From contig NIVC01001340.1 of assembly GCA_002269645.1 (NCBI GenBank), positions 323,919-387,918 on the forward strand: 64,000 bases of DNA. Direction: 5' to 3'. The position numbers and the translations under genes were made by a program. Each line of letters opens with the position of its first letter. The stretch's first letter is position 1. Source of the stretch: Macrostomum lignano. Lineage: Eukaryota. The notes beneath the pieces were generated by a model. That model had not been told where the DNA came from and searched no databases. It saw only the letters and a list, made by a program, of their open reading frames with translations. Below, in pieces: positions 14,501 to 28,492 of the stretch.

Positions 14501-17500
14501 ATATCCCCAAAATCGCCCTTTAAACAGTCAACAATATCCCCAAAATCGCCCTCTAAACAGTCAACAAAATCCACCGAAATCGCCCTCTAAACAGTCAACA
14601 ATATCCCCCGAAATCGCCCCCTAAACAGTCAACAATATCCCCCGAAATCGGCTCTAAACAGTCAACAATATCCCCCGAAATCGCCCTCTAAACAGTCAAC
14701 AATATCCCCAAAATCGCCCTCTAGACAGTCAATAATATCCCCAAAATCGCCCTCAAAACAGTAAACAATTTCCAAAATCGCCCTCTAAATATTGGGGATC
14801 AACAATATCCCCAAAATCGCCCTCTAAACAGTCAACAATATCCCCAAAATCGCCCTCTAAACAGTCAACAATATCCCCCGAAATCGCCTCTAAACAGTCA
14901 ACAATATCCCCCGAAATCGCCCCCAAAACAGTCAACAATATCCCCCGAAATCGCCCCCTAAACAGTCAACAATATCCCCCGAAATCGCCCCCTAAACAGT
15001 CAAAAATATCCCCCGAAATCGGCTCTAAACAGTCAACAATATCCCCCGAAATCGCCTTCTAAACAGTCAACAATATCCCCCGAAATCGCCTTCTAAACAG
15101 TCAACAATATCCCCCGAAATCGCCCTTTTAACAGTCAACAATATCCCCCGAAATCGTCCTTTTAACAGTCAACAATATCCCCAAAATCGCCCTCTAGACA
15201 GTCAATAATATCCCCAAAATCGCCCTCAAAACAGTAAACAATTTCCAAAATCGCTCTCTAAATATTGGGGATCAACAATATCCCCAAAATCGCCCTCTAA
15301 ACAGTCAACAATATCCCCAAAATCGCCCTCTAAACAGTCAACAATATCCCCAAAATCGCCCTCTAAACAGTCAATAATATCCCCAAAATCGCCCTCAAAA
15401 CAGTTAACAATATCCAAAATCGCCCTCTAAATATTGGGGATCAACAATATCCCCAAAATCGCCCTCTAAACAGTCAACAATGTCCCCAAAATCGCCCTCT
15501 AAACAGTCAACAATATCCACCGAAATCGCCCTCTAAACAGTCAACAAAATCCACCGAAATCGCCCTCTAAACAGTCAACAATATCCACCGAAATCGCCCT
15601 CTAAACAGTCAACAATATCCACCGAAATCGCCCTCTAAGCAGTCTATAAAAACACCAAAACCCTCAAGGTGGCCAACAATACATATATTAATTGTTGTTC
15701 ACCTCCCGCAGATTTCCCTAGCAACCATTTGCCCAACGCCAGCCGTCAGCTGCTCAACCGTCTACTTGAGTCAGTTTCGGACGAAGTGAAGCGCCGTTTC
15801 TATCTGCACGCCTGCCAGCGTCTGGTGAAGCAGTCCGAGAAACAGGCCGGCGCTTTCGGCACCCGAGCCGTGCTGCAGCTGGCTGTCCGACTGCTGCCGC
15901 AGTTGCCGGGCCACGCTGATTGTCGCCAGCGAATGCGCGAACTGTTTGACTCGGCTAGGGGCACCAGGGCCGCCTTTGCCGCTCTGATGTGGGCGCTTGG
16001 CCAGACCGCCTATAAGTGAGATCTTATGGATTCTCTATTGGCTTCCTGAGATTCTTCTCATATTTAGTCTGTTTGTCTCCTAGATTCGTATGAGATTGTC
16101 CATTATATACTTAGAATCTTTCCACAGGTTGTCTGTTGAAATCCTAGAATCTTCCCATAGGTTGTCTGTTCGATTCCTAGAATATTATTATAGGTTGTCT
16201 GTTGGATTCCTAGAATATTATTATAGGTTGTCTGTTCGATTCCTGGAATCTTCTCATGTGTTGTCTCTTGGATTCTAGAATCTTCCCATAGGTTGTCGGT
16301 TGGATTCCTAGAATATTATTATAGGTTGTCTGTTGGATTCCTAGAATATCATTATAGGTTGTCTGTTCGATTCCTGGAATCTTCTCATGTGTTGTCTCTT
16401 GGATTGTAGAATCTTCCCATAGGTTGTCGGTTGGATTCCTAGAATATTATTATAGGTTGTCTGTTGGATTCCTGGAATCTTCCCATAGGTTGTCGGTTTG
16501 GATTCCTAGAATATTATTATAGGTTGTCCTATTGGATTATTAGAAACTTAGAATTCCTATAACAAACAATGCTTAAATACCCCCCTTTAACAGGGACCGC
16601 GCCACCGGTCTCCAGGTGCTCATCGACTGCGCTCTGCCGGCCGGCGATGGCCAACTCCTGGCCACCAGGTGGGCCGCGCCCGACCTGCTGGACACCCTGG
16701 ACGAGCTCACTCGAGACCAGGCCGCCGCCTCCACCAAGCTGTCGCTGCGACACGCCGCCGGCCTGCTCGACGCCGCCGCCCTGGCCGGGCCCGGCCAGAC
16801 CTGCGACCGCCTGCAGCGCTGCCTCGCCCGCCTCCGCCCGGCCTGGCAGCGCCTGGCCGCCTCCGCCAGCCCGGAGCCCGACGCCTGCGCCCGCCTGCTG
16901 GCCGCCCTGCGCCGCTGGGACACCGCCGCTCCGCCAGGCGACCTGCCCTGGCAGTGCCTGATGGACAGCCTGCGTGCCGGCCCGCCTGACCTGCTGGCCA
17001 ACCTGCCGTTCTCACCTGAGGCCGCCTCCGACCTGCGCTTGCTGCGCGAGGCTCTCGACACCAACTGCGGCAAGGACGGCGAAGGCGCGTTCGGCCGCGC
17101 GGCCCGGCTGTCCCTGTCTGTCCGGCTGGCCTCGCAGCCCACGAATTCGCCGCCGTTCCCGTCGGACATTGTCAAGATGGCCGCGGCCGGCGCTGCCGAA
17201 GCTGCCGCCGCCAGTCTGAGCAGTCGATCCGGTCGTCGGCGCGGTGGCAATGGGATTTGCGGTTTTGTTGGCCGAGTTCTGCTCCGGCTGATGCGGCTGG
17301 CCAGCCTGCTGCTGCTGGTTGCCATGGTTACTGCTAGCGTCCTTTGCGCCCTGGCGTTTGTGCCGCGCGGACAGATGCCGTCTTTTGGTGAGTTCCGGCT
17401 TCTGGGTTTCTCTCAAATTCTCGGACTGGCCACTGCCGTCCTCCCAGATTCTCAGGCTTAGCCTCTGGATTATACTCAGTTCCGCTCCCAGATCTTCAGG

Positions 17501-19128
17501 ATTGATCTCAGGATTATCTCCTCACGATTATCACCTCACGATTATCCCCTCACGATTATCCCCTCACGATTATCCCCTCACGATTATCACCTCACGATTA
17601 TCCCCTCACGATTATCCCCTCACGATTATCACCTCACGATTATCCCCTCACGATTATCCCCTCACGATTATCCCCTCACGATTATCCCCTCACGATTATT
17701 ACCTCACGATTATCCCCTCACGATTATCCCCTCACGATTATCCCCTCACGGTTATCCCCTCACGATTATCCCCTCACGATTATCCCCTCACGGTTATCCC
17801 CTCACGATTATCCCCTCATGGTTATCCCCTCACGATTATCCCCTCACGATTATCCCCTCACGATTATCCCCTCACGATTATCCCCTCACGGTTATCCCCT
17901 CACGATTATCCCCTAACGATTATCCCCTCACGATTATCCCCTCACGATTATCCCCTCACGGTTATCCCCTCACGATTATCCCCTCACGATTATCACCTCA
18001 CGATTATCCCCTCACGATTATCACCTCACGATTATCCCCTCACGATTATCCCCTCACGATTATTACCTCACGATTATCCCCTCACGATTATCCCCTCACG
18101 GTTATCCCCTCACGATTATCCCCTCACGATTATCCCCTCAGGATTATCCTCATGATTATCCTCTCAGGAATCGTCAGAATTATACTCAGGCTTAGCCTCT
18201 CTCCTAGTAAGTCAAGTAAGGCAAATAGCCTCTCTCCCAGATCCTTAGGATTATCCTCAGTCCCACTCCCAGATCCTCTGAGTTGCTATACACCGCATAT
18301 CACTTCAACCACAGTGCACCCAGTCCGCGACTACCTGGAGGACCGGCTGGTGCTGTACCATGTCCGGCGTCTGCACTCAGAATGCCGTATCTACTATGAG
18401 CGCAACATCTCGCCCGAGCTGCTCCGCCTGTGGGACCGCCTTGCTGACGTTTATCACGACTCGCTGCTGCCCAAGTGCCGCCAAGTTGGCCAGGCTTGGC
18501 GGGAGCACTCACAGCCCAGGCTGGCCGCCGCCTGGGCCGCCTGGTTGCACTTTTATCGGGAGCAGGCCCTGCCCTGGATGACCGCCGTTTGGCTGACCGC
18601 TAGAAACGGAGTCGTGGACGCGTGGCAGTACGCTGAGGCTGAGGTGAGATCTTTATTGTTGGCATAGCTCTGTACTCGTGTTTTAAGTGGTGTCTGTCAT
18701 CTTCATGTCTTCATCCTATTGATAATGAGATTTCTAACATTGATAATGGCATCTTTATCACCTTGATAATGGCATCTCTCACATTGATAATGGGATTTCT
18801 AACATTGATAATGGCATCTCTATCACATTGATAATGGCATCTCTATCACATTGATAATGGGATCTCTCATATTGAAAATGGCATCTCTATCACATTGATA
18901 ATGGCATCTCTCACATTGATAATGGCATCTCTCACATTGATAATGGCATCTCTCACATTGATAATGGCATCTCTCACATTGATAATGGCATGTTTCCAGA
19001 TGCGGCTCTACATGCCGAATGTTGTGGCCTGGTTGGGCAACGCTGTAGACTTCTGTATTCAGCGCACTACAGATGCCCTGCACTATCTCGCTGCCCAGGT
19101 TAAATACCTGTACTCCCTGGCCATCTAG
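8528..19128 (+). CDS. TMEM214: Transmembrane protein 214-like, 7 exons, about 678 aa
   Basis: Exons 8528-8630, 8947-9176, 13759-13906, 15712-16015, 16594-17387, 18315-18643, 19000-19128, all GT-AG and phase-compatible (2037 nt). N-terminal WERV..KK, conserved MWALGQ followed by ATGLQV..LP, TM segment near the C-terminal third. Confidence 0.85.
9288..13714. repeat. 32-bp minisatellite (aatacaatcctgctaggcagggtcaggtgtct), about 138 copies, TMEM214 intron 2
   Basis: Directly visible, near-identical units. Confidence 0.98.
14045..15640. repeat. 33-34-bp minisatellite (aaacagtcaacaatatcccccgaaatcgccctct), TMEM214 intron 3
   Basis: Directly visible, with a recurring variant block (aaacaatttccaaaatcgccctctaaatattggggatc). 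Confidence 0.97.
16110..16540. repeat. About 33-bp degenerate tandem repeat, TMEM214 intron 4
   Basis: ctagaatattattataggttgtctgttggattc units. Confidence 0.9.
17515..18140. repeat. 14-bp minisatellite (cacgattatcccct), TMEM214 intron 5
   Basis: Directly visible. Confidence 0.97.
18715..18990. repeat. 21-bp repeat (acattgataatggcatctctc), TMEM214 intron 6
   Basis: Directly visible; ends immediately before the splice acceptor. Confidence 0.93.
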
Positions 19129-19269
19129 ACTGCCTCAACTGCGCTTGGAACATGGATATTAATTAATGCTAACCTTGCTGATTCATTTCATCCAATGCAT
19201 TATCATCTATACTGCTTACATTGACTTTTGATTGGCGTGAACTGTGACTTTTAGCGATCGACGACTAAT

Positions 19270-19595
19270 GCGATAATCGCCCTCAACCCCATAAAGAATC
19301 GCCCTCAACCCCATAGAGAATCACCCTCAACCCCATAGAGAATCGCCCTCAACCCCATAAAGAATCGCCCTCGACCCCAAAGAGAATGGCCCTCCAACCC
19401 CATCTAGAATGGCCCTCAACCCTATAGAGAATCGCCCTCAACCCCATAGAGAATCGCCCTCAACCCCATAAAGAATCGCCCTCGACCCCAAAGAGAATGG
19501 CCCTCCAACCCCATCTAGAATGGCCCTCAACCCTATAGAGAATCGCCCTCAACCCTATAGAGAATCGCCCTCAACCCCATAGAGAATCGCTCTCG
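19270..19595. repeat. 22-bp repeat (agagaatcgccctcaaccccat) downstream of the TMEM214 stop
   Basis: Directly visible. Confidence 0.92.
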
Positions 19596-20496
19596 TTTAG
19601 TTGCTAGGCAAACTCAAAGTGAACTTACAGCATTAGTCGTTGATTTAGCCATAATTTTATCCAGCTTTTCGGTAAATTTTGTTTTGCTGACTTATGTTCT
19701 CTTCAGGTGTTGACGTGAGCTGAAAAAACGGTTGATTTGACTTTTATAAAAAATGCTCGCCCTACTCACTTATAGTAGTATCGACCCCTAAATAGCTACC
19801 GTGCAATCTGTTCTGTTCAGAGCCGCCCCCTGTTTGCCATCGGATCATCAGATGTATTTAACTTTTTTTGTTTTAGCATGGTTTCTTTGCCGTTTGAATT
19901 CTATATACCAAAAAACATGTTTGGTTTTTTGACGTAATTTTATTTGTGATATTTAAGTCTGTCATTAAATTATATAAAATCAAAGACCATAAATTAATTT
20001 AAAAAGAGTCGCTAATCTTCATCTATCTATGTCTGTCTCAGTGTTCAGATTTTGTTCCTTTTCAACCCGGCATTCCTTTCATTAAAAATTCTCTAAACAA
20101 TAAATTAAACACTAAATATTGTGTCTTGTAAGTTTGGTATATGAACTCTCGCTGGGACCCAATTGACTTCTATGTCATCGTTAATTGTAAATGGTCAGTA
20201 TTTCTGTGTTTGCACTAATTATTATGCTTTAAAACTAACTAATTTTATATATAAGTATGAATTATGAATTATGAATTATGAGCTGATAAAATTTCCAAAA
20301 AACTATTTAAAAGCTTTTTATTCATTAATTCATATAAATATATCCCAGTAAAGTTGATAGATCGCATAATCATGTTGTTTGTTTGTGTCAATTTATTTTT
20401 TTACTGTTTCTAATGTAATATTAACAGGATTAGTTATTCACTTTGAGTAAATATGAGAGGTTTTTGCCCGCATGACTTAAGAGAGATCCGAGGTTT

Positions 20497-21530
20497 TGAT
20501 GGTGGAGTCAGAGGGTTGGATGGTGGAGTCTGAGGGTTGGATGGTGGAATCTGAGGGTTGGATGGTGGAATCTGAGGGTTGGATGGTGGAATCTGAGGGT
20601 TGGATGGTGGAATCTGAGGGTTGGATGGTGGAATCTGAGGGTTGGATGGTGGAATCTGAGGGTTGGATGGTGGAATCTGAGGGTTGGATGGTGGAATCTG
20701 AGGGTTGGATGGTGGAGTCTGAGGGTTGGATGGTGGAATCTGAGGGTTGGATGGTGGAGTCTGAGGGTTGGATGGTGAAATCTGAGGGTTGGATGGTGGA
20801 GTCTGAGGGTTGGATGGTGGAGTCTGAGGGTTGGATGGTGGAGTCTGAGGGTTGGATGGTGGAATCTGAGGGTTGGATGGTGGAGTCTGAGGGTTGGATG
20901 GTGGAGTCTGAGGGTTGGATGGTGGAGTCTGAGGGTTGGATGGTGGAGTCTGAAGGGTTGGATGGTGGAGTCTGAAGGGTTGGATGGTGGAATCTGAGGG
21001 TTGGATGGTGGAATCTGAGGGTTGGATGGTGGAATCTGAGGGTTGGATGGTGGAATCTGAGGGTTGGATGGTGGAGTCTGAGGGTTGGATGGTGGAATCT
21101 GAGGGTTGGATGGTGGAATCTGAGGGTTGGATGGTGGAATCTGAGGGTTGGATGGTGGAATCTGAGGGTTGGATGGTGGAGTCTGAGGGTTGGATGGTGG
21201 AGTCTGAGGGTTGGATGGTGGAGTCTGAAGGGTTGGATGGTGGAGTCTGAGGGTTGAATGGTGGAGTCTGAGGGTTGGTGGCAGTCTGGGGGTTGGATGG
21301 TGGAGTCTGAGGGTTGGATGATGGAGTATGGGGGTTGGATGGTGGCAGTCTGGGGGTTGGATGGTGGAGTCTGAGGGTTGAATGGTGGAGTCTGAGGGTT
21401 GGATGGTGGAGTCTGAGGGTTGGATGGTGGCAGTCTGGGGGTTGGATGGTGGCAGTCTGGGGGTTGGATGGTGGCAGTCTGGGGGTTGGATGGTGGAATG
21501 GTGGAGTCTTAAGGTTGGGTAGTAAGTACA
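20497..21530. repeat. 21-bp G-rich satellite A (gagggttggatggtggagtct)
   Basis: Directly visible. Confidence 0.97.
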
Positions 21531-21544
21531 GTCTGAAGGTAGGG

Positions 21545-23395
21545 TGATGCAGCCTGAAGGTAGGGTGGTAAAGCCTGAAGGTAGGGTGATAAAGCCTGAA
21601 GGTAGGGTGGTAAAACCTGAAGGTATGGTGATAAAGCCTGAAGGTAGGGTGGTAAAGCCTGAAGGTAGGGTGATGCAGCCTGAAGGTAGGGTGGTAAAGC
21701 CTGAAGGTAGGGTGGTAAAGCCTGAAGGTAGGGTGATGCAGCCTGAAGGTAGGGTGGTAAAGCCTGAAGGTAGGGTGATGCAGCCTGAAGGTAGGGTGGT
21801 AAAACCTGAAGGTATGGTGATAAAGCCTGAAGGTAGGGTGGTAAAGCCTGAAGGTAGGGTGATGCAGCCTGAAGGTAGGGTGGTAAAGCCTGAAGGTAGG
21901 GTGGTAAAGCCTGAAGGTAGGGTGGTAAAGCCTGAAGGTAGGGTGGTAAAGCCTGAAGGTAGGGTGGTAAAGCCTGAAGGTAGGGTGGTAAAGCCTGAAG
22001 GTAGGGTGGTAAAGCCTGAAGGTAGGGTGGTAAAGCCTGAAGGTAGGGTGGTAAAGCCTGAAGGTAGGGTGGTAAAGCCTGAAGGTATGGTGGTAAAGCC
22101 TGAAGGTAGGGTGGTAAAGCCTGAAGGTAGGATGGTAAAGCCTGAAGGTAGGGTGATGCAGCCTGAAGGTAGGGTGGTAAAGCCTGAAGGTAGGGTGGTA
22201 AAGCCTGAAGGTATGGTGGTAAAGCCTGAAGGTAGGGTGGTAAAGCCTGAAGGTAGGATGGTAAAGCCTGAAGGTAGGGTGGTAAAGCCTGAAGGTAGGG
22301 TGGTGCAGCCTGAAGGTTGGGTGGTAAAGCCTGAAGGTTGGGTGGTAAAGCCTGAAGGTTGGGTGGTAAAGCCTGAAGGTTGGGTGGTAAAGCCTGAAGG
22401 TAGGGTGGTAAAGCCTGAAGGTTGGGTGGTAAAGCCTGAAGGTTGGGTGGTAAAGCCTGAAGGTAGGGTGGTAAAGCCTGAAGGTAGGGTGGTAAAGCCT
22501 GAAGGTAGGGTGGTAAAGCCTGAAGGTAGGGTGGTAAAGCCTGAAGGTATGGTGGTAAAGCCTGAAGGTAGGGTGGTAAAGCCTGAAGGTAGGATGGTAA
22601 AGCCTGAAGGTAGGGTGATGCAGCCTGAAGGTAGGGTGATGCAGCCTGAAGGTAGGGTGGTAAAGCCTGAAGGTAGGGTGGTAAAGCCTGAAGGTAGGGT
22701 GGTAAAGCCTGAAGGTAGGATGGTAAAGCCTGAAGGTAGGGTGATGCAGCCTGAAGGTAGGGTGGTAAAGCCTGAAGGTAGGGTGGTAAAGCCTGAAGGT
22801 AGGATGGTAAAGCCTGAAGGTAGGATGGTAAAGCCTGAAGGTAGGGTGGTAAAGCCTGAAGGTTGGGTGGTAAAGCCTGAAGGTTGGGTGGTAAAGCCTG
22901 AAGGTTGGGTGGTGCAGCCTGAAGGTTGGGTGGTAAAGCCTGAAGGTTGGGTGGTAAAGCCTGAAGGTTGGGTGGTAAAGCCTGAAGGTTGGGTGGTAAA
23001 GCCTGAAGGTTGGGTGGTAAAGCCTGAAGGTAGGATGGTAAAGCCTGAAGGTTGGGTGGTAAAGCCTGAAGGTAGGATGGTAAAGCCTGAAGGTAGGGTG
23101 GTAAAGCCTGAAGGTAGGATGGTAAAGCCTGAAGGTTGGGTGGTAAAGCCTGAAGGTTGGGTGGTAAAGCCTGAAGGTTGGGTGGTAAAGCCTGAAGGTT
23201 GGGTGGTAAAGCCTGAAGGTTGGGTGGTAAAGCCTGAAGGTAGGATGGTAAAGCCTGAAGGTTGGGTGGTAAAGCCTGAAGGTAGGATGGTAAAGCCTGA
23301 AGGTAGGGTGGTAAAGCCTGAAGGTAGGATGGTAAAGCCTGAAGGTTGGGTGGTAAAGCCTGAAGGTTGGGTGGTAAAGCCTGAAGGTTGGGTGG
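21545..23395. repeat. 21-bp G-rich satellite B (gaaggtagggtggtaaagcct)
   Basis: Directly visible. Confidence 0.97.
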
Positions 23396-23619
23396 CCCAG
23401 CTAGCTGGCAAAGCCTGAATTAGTTAGGTATTATAAGCAAGCCACTATTGAATAATTCATGCAGCCACGTTCTCAACGTGCCGAATGCGCTGAACTCAGA
23501 GCGATATTCTCTGCATCAAAACGTTTACTATCGGCACAGACTCTGCCGCTTTGAAATTATTGAATTTCACGCTGCCAGAGCTGCACTGCACAGTCTGAGC
23601 CTTGCGATTTCGGTGGCGC

Positions 23620-26600
23620 ATGGATAGCTACTGGGAGAGTGAGTGCCGGGTTATTGCTAACAACCCCACTTTTCAGACCAGAGTTGCTAACTCCATCTTC
23701 CTTGTAGCATCTCGGCTGGGTTTTGATTGTTTAACTAGCAGAGACCAGTTAGGCTTGCTCAGATTCCCGACCAAATGGCAGCAAGTTTGAGTAGACAGGC
23801 AGACAGACACGGACAGACTTATGGACAGAAGTTATAAACAGACACTGACGGGTAAGTAAACAGACACTGACAGACAAGTAAACAGACACTGACAGGCAAA
23901 TGGACAGGCAGGTGTACAGACACTTATAGACAAGTATATAGATACATAGACAGGCAAGTGGACAGGCATTAATAAGCAAGTGGACAGACACTGACAGACG
24001 AAAGGACAGGCACACAGACAGGAATGCAGCGAAGCCCCTACCGCCCCTTGTAAATATCTGTTTACACTCCACCGCAGGCATGGTCGAAGCCACAGGCAAC
24101 AGCTACGAGAGCGGGGCCGGAGTTGAATACGACGATTTGCCGCTGTCAGACGAGCCGTTGTACTTGCTAGGTCACGCCTACAGCACTAAGCACGGTAGGT
24201 CATATTAATAAATCTGAATTTAAAAAATGCGCATCTTAGCTACTGTTAGTAGAAATAGAAAAATATTTCTCGTTAAATTTAACCAAGATCGAGAAGACAT
24301 CCGTCTGGACCATCTGTCCCGCCTATGGGTGACTTATCGGCGCGACTTCTCGCCAATCGGAGGCAGCGAAGGCCCCAAATCGGACAAAGGCTGGGGCTGC
24401 ATGCTCCGCTGCGGCCAGATGATGCTAGCTGAAGCCATTGTCCGAGTGAAGCTGGGCCGAGCCTGGCGTTGGTCTGGCGAAAGTTTCGCTAACGACGCAA
24501 CTTATCGAGACATACTGCGCCTGTTTGAGGACAACAAAGCCGCTCCCTTCTCTATTCACCAGATTGGTGAGTTGTCTTGACAGGACATCATAGCATTTCT
24601 TATCTATTTAGACTAGTAGTATTTATTGCGCAACTCCGCTCTACCGCAGCGTCCATGGGCGTGTCTGACGGCAAGCCGGTTGGCCAATGGTTCGGCCCGA
24701 ACACCGTGGCGCAAGCGATACGCAAGCTGTCTGCGTTTGATCAGTTCGCTAATCTGCTGGTGCACGTGGCTCTGGATAATACCGTTATTATTGACGATTT
24801 GAGTGAGTTGCGCCTTTGAGAATCGCCCATAGACAGTCCCCGAGAATCGCCCATAGACAGTCCTTGAGAATCGCCCATAGACAGTCCCCGAGAATCGCCC
24901 ATAGACAGTCCTTGAGAATCGCCCATATACAGTCACCCAGAATCGGCCATAGAAAGCCCCCGAGAATCGCCACCCATAGACAGTCACTCAGAATCGCCAC
25001 CCATAGACAGTCACTCAGAATCGCCACTCATAGACAGTCACTCAGAATCGCCACCCATAGACAGTCACTCAGAATCGCCACTCATAGACAGTCACTCAGA
25101 ATCGCCACTCATAGACAGTCACTCAGAATCGCCACCCATAGACAGTCACTCAGAATCGCCACCCATAGACAGTCACTCAGAATCGCCACCCATAGACAGT
25201 CACTCAGAATCGCCACTCATAGACAGTCACTCAGAATCGCCACCCATAGACAGTCACTCAGAATCGCCACCCATAGACAGTCACTCAGAATCGCCACTCA
25301 TAGACAGTCACTCAGAATCGCCACTCATAGACAGTCACTCAGAATCGCCCATAGACAGTGACTCAGAATCGCCCATAGACAGTCCCCGAGAATTGCCATA
25401 AATTCCCCAGCAACAGCTCCTGCCCACTCGCACTCGCAGAGGCTCTACTCCGCAGCTCAGCTGACTCCAAAGCTCTGCTGTTATTTGTGCCCCTTCGCCT
25501 GGGCCTGTCCGACCTCAACCAGCAGTACGTACCGGCTCTGAAGCGGTGCCTTGAAATGCCCCAAAGCCTGGGCATCATTGGCGGCAAGCCGAACCATGCT
25601 CATTATTTTATTGGCTACCAGGGCAACGAGCTCTATTATTTGGATCCGCACACAACTCAGGACTGCGCCGCTATTGGTCCTGCGGTGTCTGGCGTGGCTG
25701 CTGCTGCAGCAGCGTCTGGAAGTGTAAGTGTCTAGAATTCCTTTCTCTACATGTCTCTCCAAGTCTCTCCACTCACTGAACCCAGCCCTATGCTTGCAAC
25801 ATATTTGATCAGATTATCTGCGCATAAGACATCATGTCATGTTCGCATGTACCCATAGAACATCATCACATAATCACGTGTGCCCATCAAACATCTTGAC
25901 ATGATTACATGCGTCCATCGGACATCATGACAATATATATCCGCCCATCAGACATCATGACAAGATCGTATGCGCCAATCAGACATCATGACATGATCAT
26001 ATGCGCCAATCAGACATTATGACATGATCACACCCGCAGCCGCCGCCCCCGGACGCCAGTTATCACTGTCCGAGCCTTCGCCGGATGCCGTTCGCCCGTC
26101 TTGACCCCAGCCTGGCCGTCGGGTTCGTCTGCGCCAACGAGGCCCAACTGGACGACCTGTGCGCCAGCCTGGTCCGCCGGATGGTGCAGCAGTTCGATTT
26201 GCCGCTGTTCGAAGTCCACCAGACCCGGCCGAGCCACTGGCCGGCGTTTGAGCCGTACACACTGGCCAGCCAGATCAAATTCGGTGAGAGTCTGGCAGCA
26301 GCTCAGCTGAGCTGTGGGGAGATTTCATTTTCAGTAAATGGATTTTTACATGGAGTGAATTGGCACATAGTTTTCATTTTTAGTATAGTGGATGTTGGAG
26401 ACCAATTTCTTGGATGTCTTGTTAGTACATTCATAGGCTGTGATGTCATGTTGATATGTCTTATTAGTACATCCATGGGCTGTGATGTCATGTCGATATG
26501 TCTTATTAGTACATCCATGGGCTGTGATGTCATGTCGATATGTCTTATTAGTACATTCATGGGCTGTGATGTAATGTCGATGTCTTATTAGTACATCCAT

Positions 26601-27254
26601 GGGCTGTGATGTCATGTCGATATGTCTTATTAGTACATTCATGGGCTGTAATATTGTGTGTGGCGATGTCATTTAGGAAATTTGCGCTATATCATGTACT
26701 CGTAATGTTATTTTCTACAGAATATACTATACCGGTATATTATTGGGAATGATGTTGCGTTTGTAGGCAGTTAAGGAGACTCTTGGCAGAATTGTTAATA
26801 GCTTGTAGATGAAATTATTATTTCGTGAATTCTTTTCAATTAATTATATTATAAAAACTGTTACAGTATAGTTAATTGAAAATTGCCAAAAATTTCCTGT
26901 TCGCACAGCTGCCTCTCGACTAAGATAAAGGCAAATTGATATTTTAACTATTTATATTAACAGTTTCCGCTACTGTAAGTAGCGATTATCGTTTATTTAT
27001 TACTTTACTTATTAATTAAGTTATTTCAATTTTTCGCTCATTGGCTGTATGGGGCCTGCGGTTTAGCTTGCCATAAATTTGATGGATTAAAATTAACTTA
27101 TTCAGGCTATACATTACATGTGTGATGTTATTTTCAGTGTTAGCCACAACTTTTGTTAGCCACAGCTTTTGTTAGCCACAATCTGTGTGTTTTAACACCT
27201 TCAATTGTAGATCAGCAAGAGGACGAGGAGGACGACAACTATGTACTTTTGTGA
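23620..27254 (+). CDS. ATG4: Cysteine protease ATG4 (peptidase C54), 7 coding exons
   Basis: Exons 23620-23638, 24078-24194, 24288-24566, 24650-24802, 25440-25723, 26040-26283, 27211-27254, phase-compatible. Catalytic GWGCMLRCGQMML and LDPH, plus WFGP, VPLRLG, LDPSLAVGF and an acidic LIR-like tail (EDEEDDNYVLL). Confidence 0.95.
24820..25390. repeat. 27-bp minisatellite (gaatcgccacccatagacagtcactca), ATG4 intron
   Basis: Directly visible. Confidence 0.96.
26425..26650. repeat. 42-bp tandem repeat, last ATG4 intron
   Basis: ggctgtgatgtcatgtcgatatgtcttattagtacatccatg units. Confidence 0.9.
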
Positions 27255-28044
27255 AGTCCGAGGTTCGAGCTCAACAGCAACTTGTGAACTACCTTTGTCA
27301 ATAGTATAGATTCCTTTCATGGACTCGGATCTAAAGAGATTTTTATGGAGAACAATAATCGTGTCTCTTTTTTTGACTTGATAATTTTTCTCAATGTTAA
27401 TACGGTATGCTATCATACTAATAATATTAATACTGATAACATCTGTATCATAGAACTTCATTTTCTACATATAATATACGTACATATGTTTGTCATTTGA
27501 TCTTGTACTGTTTTAATATAATGAGAGTGGATTGTGTCATTGAATATATTGTCTTCTAAACACTGATTGCTGATGCTTGAGCGAAACAATTCAAATTCAT
27601 ATCTTCCGTTAATTAGTTGCCTTATTTGCGGGCCAAAACACAAACAAAGTTTTTGAAATTCGACTGTGTATGTGTATTTGAATTTTATATATTTGCACTA
27701 AACTTAATGTAAGGCCACACTTGATAGGGCTTAAGAATGACACAAGAACTACAGAGAAATCAAACGGTTAATATGCCGATTAGAAAATATGGAAATAACT
27801 TGCTCTAATAGTAAAACATGCTGAAGTAACACAATGATAGATAATTGCTTTCTACATAAGCTCCGATGCTGGGTCAACCAGTGTATATGCGCACGTTTTG
27901 TTTAACTGCAGTAAATGATAAATACAATCAACTACAGCCCTAATGGCTATGAGTTACATGGGGGCGCCTTTGACTCGCGAAAAACAACGAAACGAAACAG
28001 CAGAACTACAGCTTACAGCATGAAAACATGCAATGCTTCTCTGA

Positions 28045-28492
28045 AAACAGTCACTGAGTCACAGCCCCTGACAGTCACTGAGTCACAGCAGCTGACAGTC
28101 ACTGAGTCACAGCAGCTGACAGTCACTGAGTCACAGCAGCTGACAGTCACTGAGTCACAGCCCCTGACAGTCACTGAGTCACAGCAGCTGACAGTCACTG
28201 AGTCACAGCAGCTGACAGTCACTGAGTCACAGCAGCTGACAGTCACTGAGTCACAGCCCCTGACAGTCACTGAGTCACAGCAGCTGACAGTCACTGAGTC
28301 ACAGCAGCTGACAGTCACTGAGTCACAGCAGCTGACAGTCACTGAGTCACAGCCCCTGACAGTCACTGAGTCACAGCAGCTGACAGTCACTGAGTCACAA
28401 CAGCTGACAGTCACTGAGTTACAACAGCTGACATTCACTGAGTCACAGCAGCTGACAGTCACTGAGTCACAGCACCTGACAGTCACTGAACC
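28045..28492. repeat. 24-bp tandem repeat (acagtcactgagtcacagcagctg)
   Basis: Directly visible. Confidence 0.96.

Noticed and set aside
16573-17325. Antisense and alternative-frame ORFs over the TMEM214 and CFDP1 exons
   Set aside because: Expected shadows of GC-rich coding sequence.
17319-18155. 278-aa ORF and similar repeat-derived ORFs at 24816, 27915, 30055-30722 and 34480-35760
   Set aside because: Translations of intronic or intergenic minisatellites.
20496-23418. Very long ORFs (967 aa, 624 aa)
   Set aside because: By-products of stop-free 21-bp repeat units; no splice context or domain.
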